Shown: positions 63,570-64,000 of the stretch, piece after piece
Layout: every line of letters starts with the position of its first letter
How positions within the stretch are numbered: the first letter of the stretch is position 1
NCBI RefSeq assembly: GCF_009834535.1
Contig: NC_045697.1
Location: forward strand, 49,850,001 to 49,914,000
Reading direction: 5' to 3'
DNA from: Camelus ferus
Taxonomy: Eukaryota
Length of the DNA: 64,000 nt
The notes under the pieces: generated by a model
Seen by the model: only the letters and a program-made list of their open reading frames with translations
Database searches by the model: none
What the model was told of the DNA's origin: nothing
Translations under genes and position numbers: made by a program

Positions 63570-64000
63570 TCAGAGAACACTTTAGTAGCCATGAGCACAC
63601 GTAGGACCTAGGTCTTGGCTTCTAAATATCATTCTCCCATAAGAATCTGGGGCTCCTTTGAGAAGTGGGTCACTCCAGGTCTGGAACAGGAAAATTCCAC
63701 TGTGAACTTGGGACAGTTTTTGTGCCAAAATGCAAGGAAGAGCTCAAAGGAGGGGGGCCATGTTCAGTGGACACAGGAGCCAGCTTGGAGGGTCTTCCAC
63801 TGGCCAAATCTGGGACAATTTGAGTATCATAATGGCTTTCAATAGTGATGGAGTATAACCCAAAAGAAAAAATAATCCTTGAGTCCATACTGATATAAAT
63901 AAATGAGTCAGGAAATAAAGGAGGGAGGAGAAAATGCTCCTCCTTACAGTAGAATTCCAACTAACAAAGACAAAGAGAACTGAAGGAGTTAGAAAATCAC
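63570..64000 (+). mobile_element. L1MC3/4-like 3'UTR (runs off the window)
   Basis: agtagccatgagcacac...ggtcttggcttctaaatatcattctcc...ggacacaggagccagcttgga...ccactggccaaatctgggacaatttgag...gagtccatactgatataaat. Confidence 0.8.

Noticed and set aside
1..64000. CRISPR array, prokaryotic operon, intact ERV or endogenous viral gene
   Set aside because: No regularly spaced repeats, no gene-dense ORFs and no gag/pol/env or viral motifs in the ORF track; LTRs are solo or partial.

Overview
Mammalian non-coding genomic DNA (AT-rich, CpG-depleted, no CpG island), very likely from a camelid (alpaca/camel). The taxon call rests on a tRNA-derived Vic-type SINE at ~1553-1684 and on camelid/cetartiodactyl-type L1 3' ends. 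I can support no protein-coding gene, RNA gene or CRISPR-like system. The only ORF-track peptides I recognise are decayed LINE-1 ORF2 fragments (29879-30274 and 30661-30918, minus strand); the rest look like chance ORFs. The window is an intergenic or deep-intronic mosaic of L1 (young 5'-truncated copies with target-site duplications (TSDs), older L1M copies, nested stacks), L2, MIR, MaLR/ERV solo LTRs, hAT MITEs, microsatellites and one 100-N gap. The most interesting signals concern mechanism: an exact 33-bp segment copied ~1.9 kb into a microsatellite inside an L1, a twin-primed (5'-inverted) L1 with a short 3' transduction, a palindrome-bridged duplication, and an L1 whose 5' end is fused to its RT domain. 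A few repeat-free islands look enhancer-like (ARE/AP-1 cluster, HOX-motif inverted repeat, CpG-retaining YY1/HOX patch). I found no evidence of a new multi-gene biological system. Repeat subfamily names come from my recall of consensus sequences, and boundaries of old repeats are approximate.
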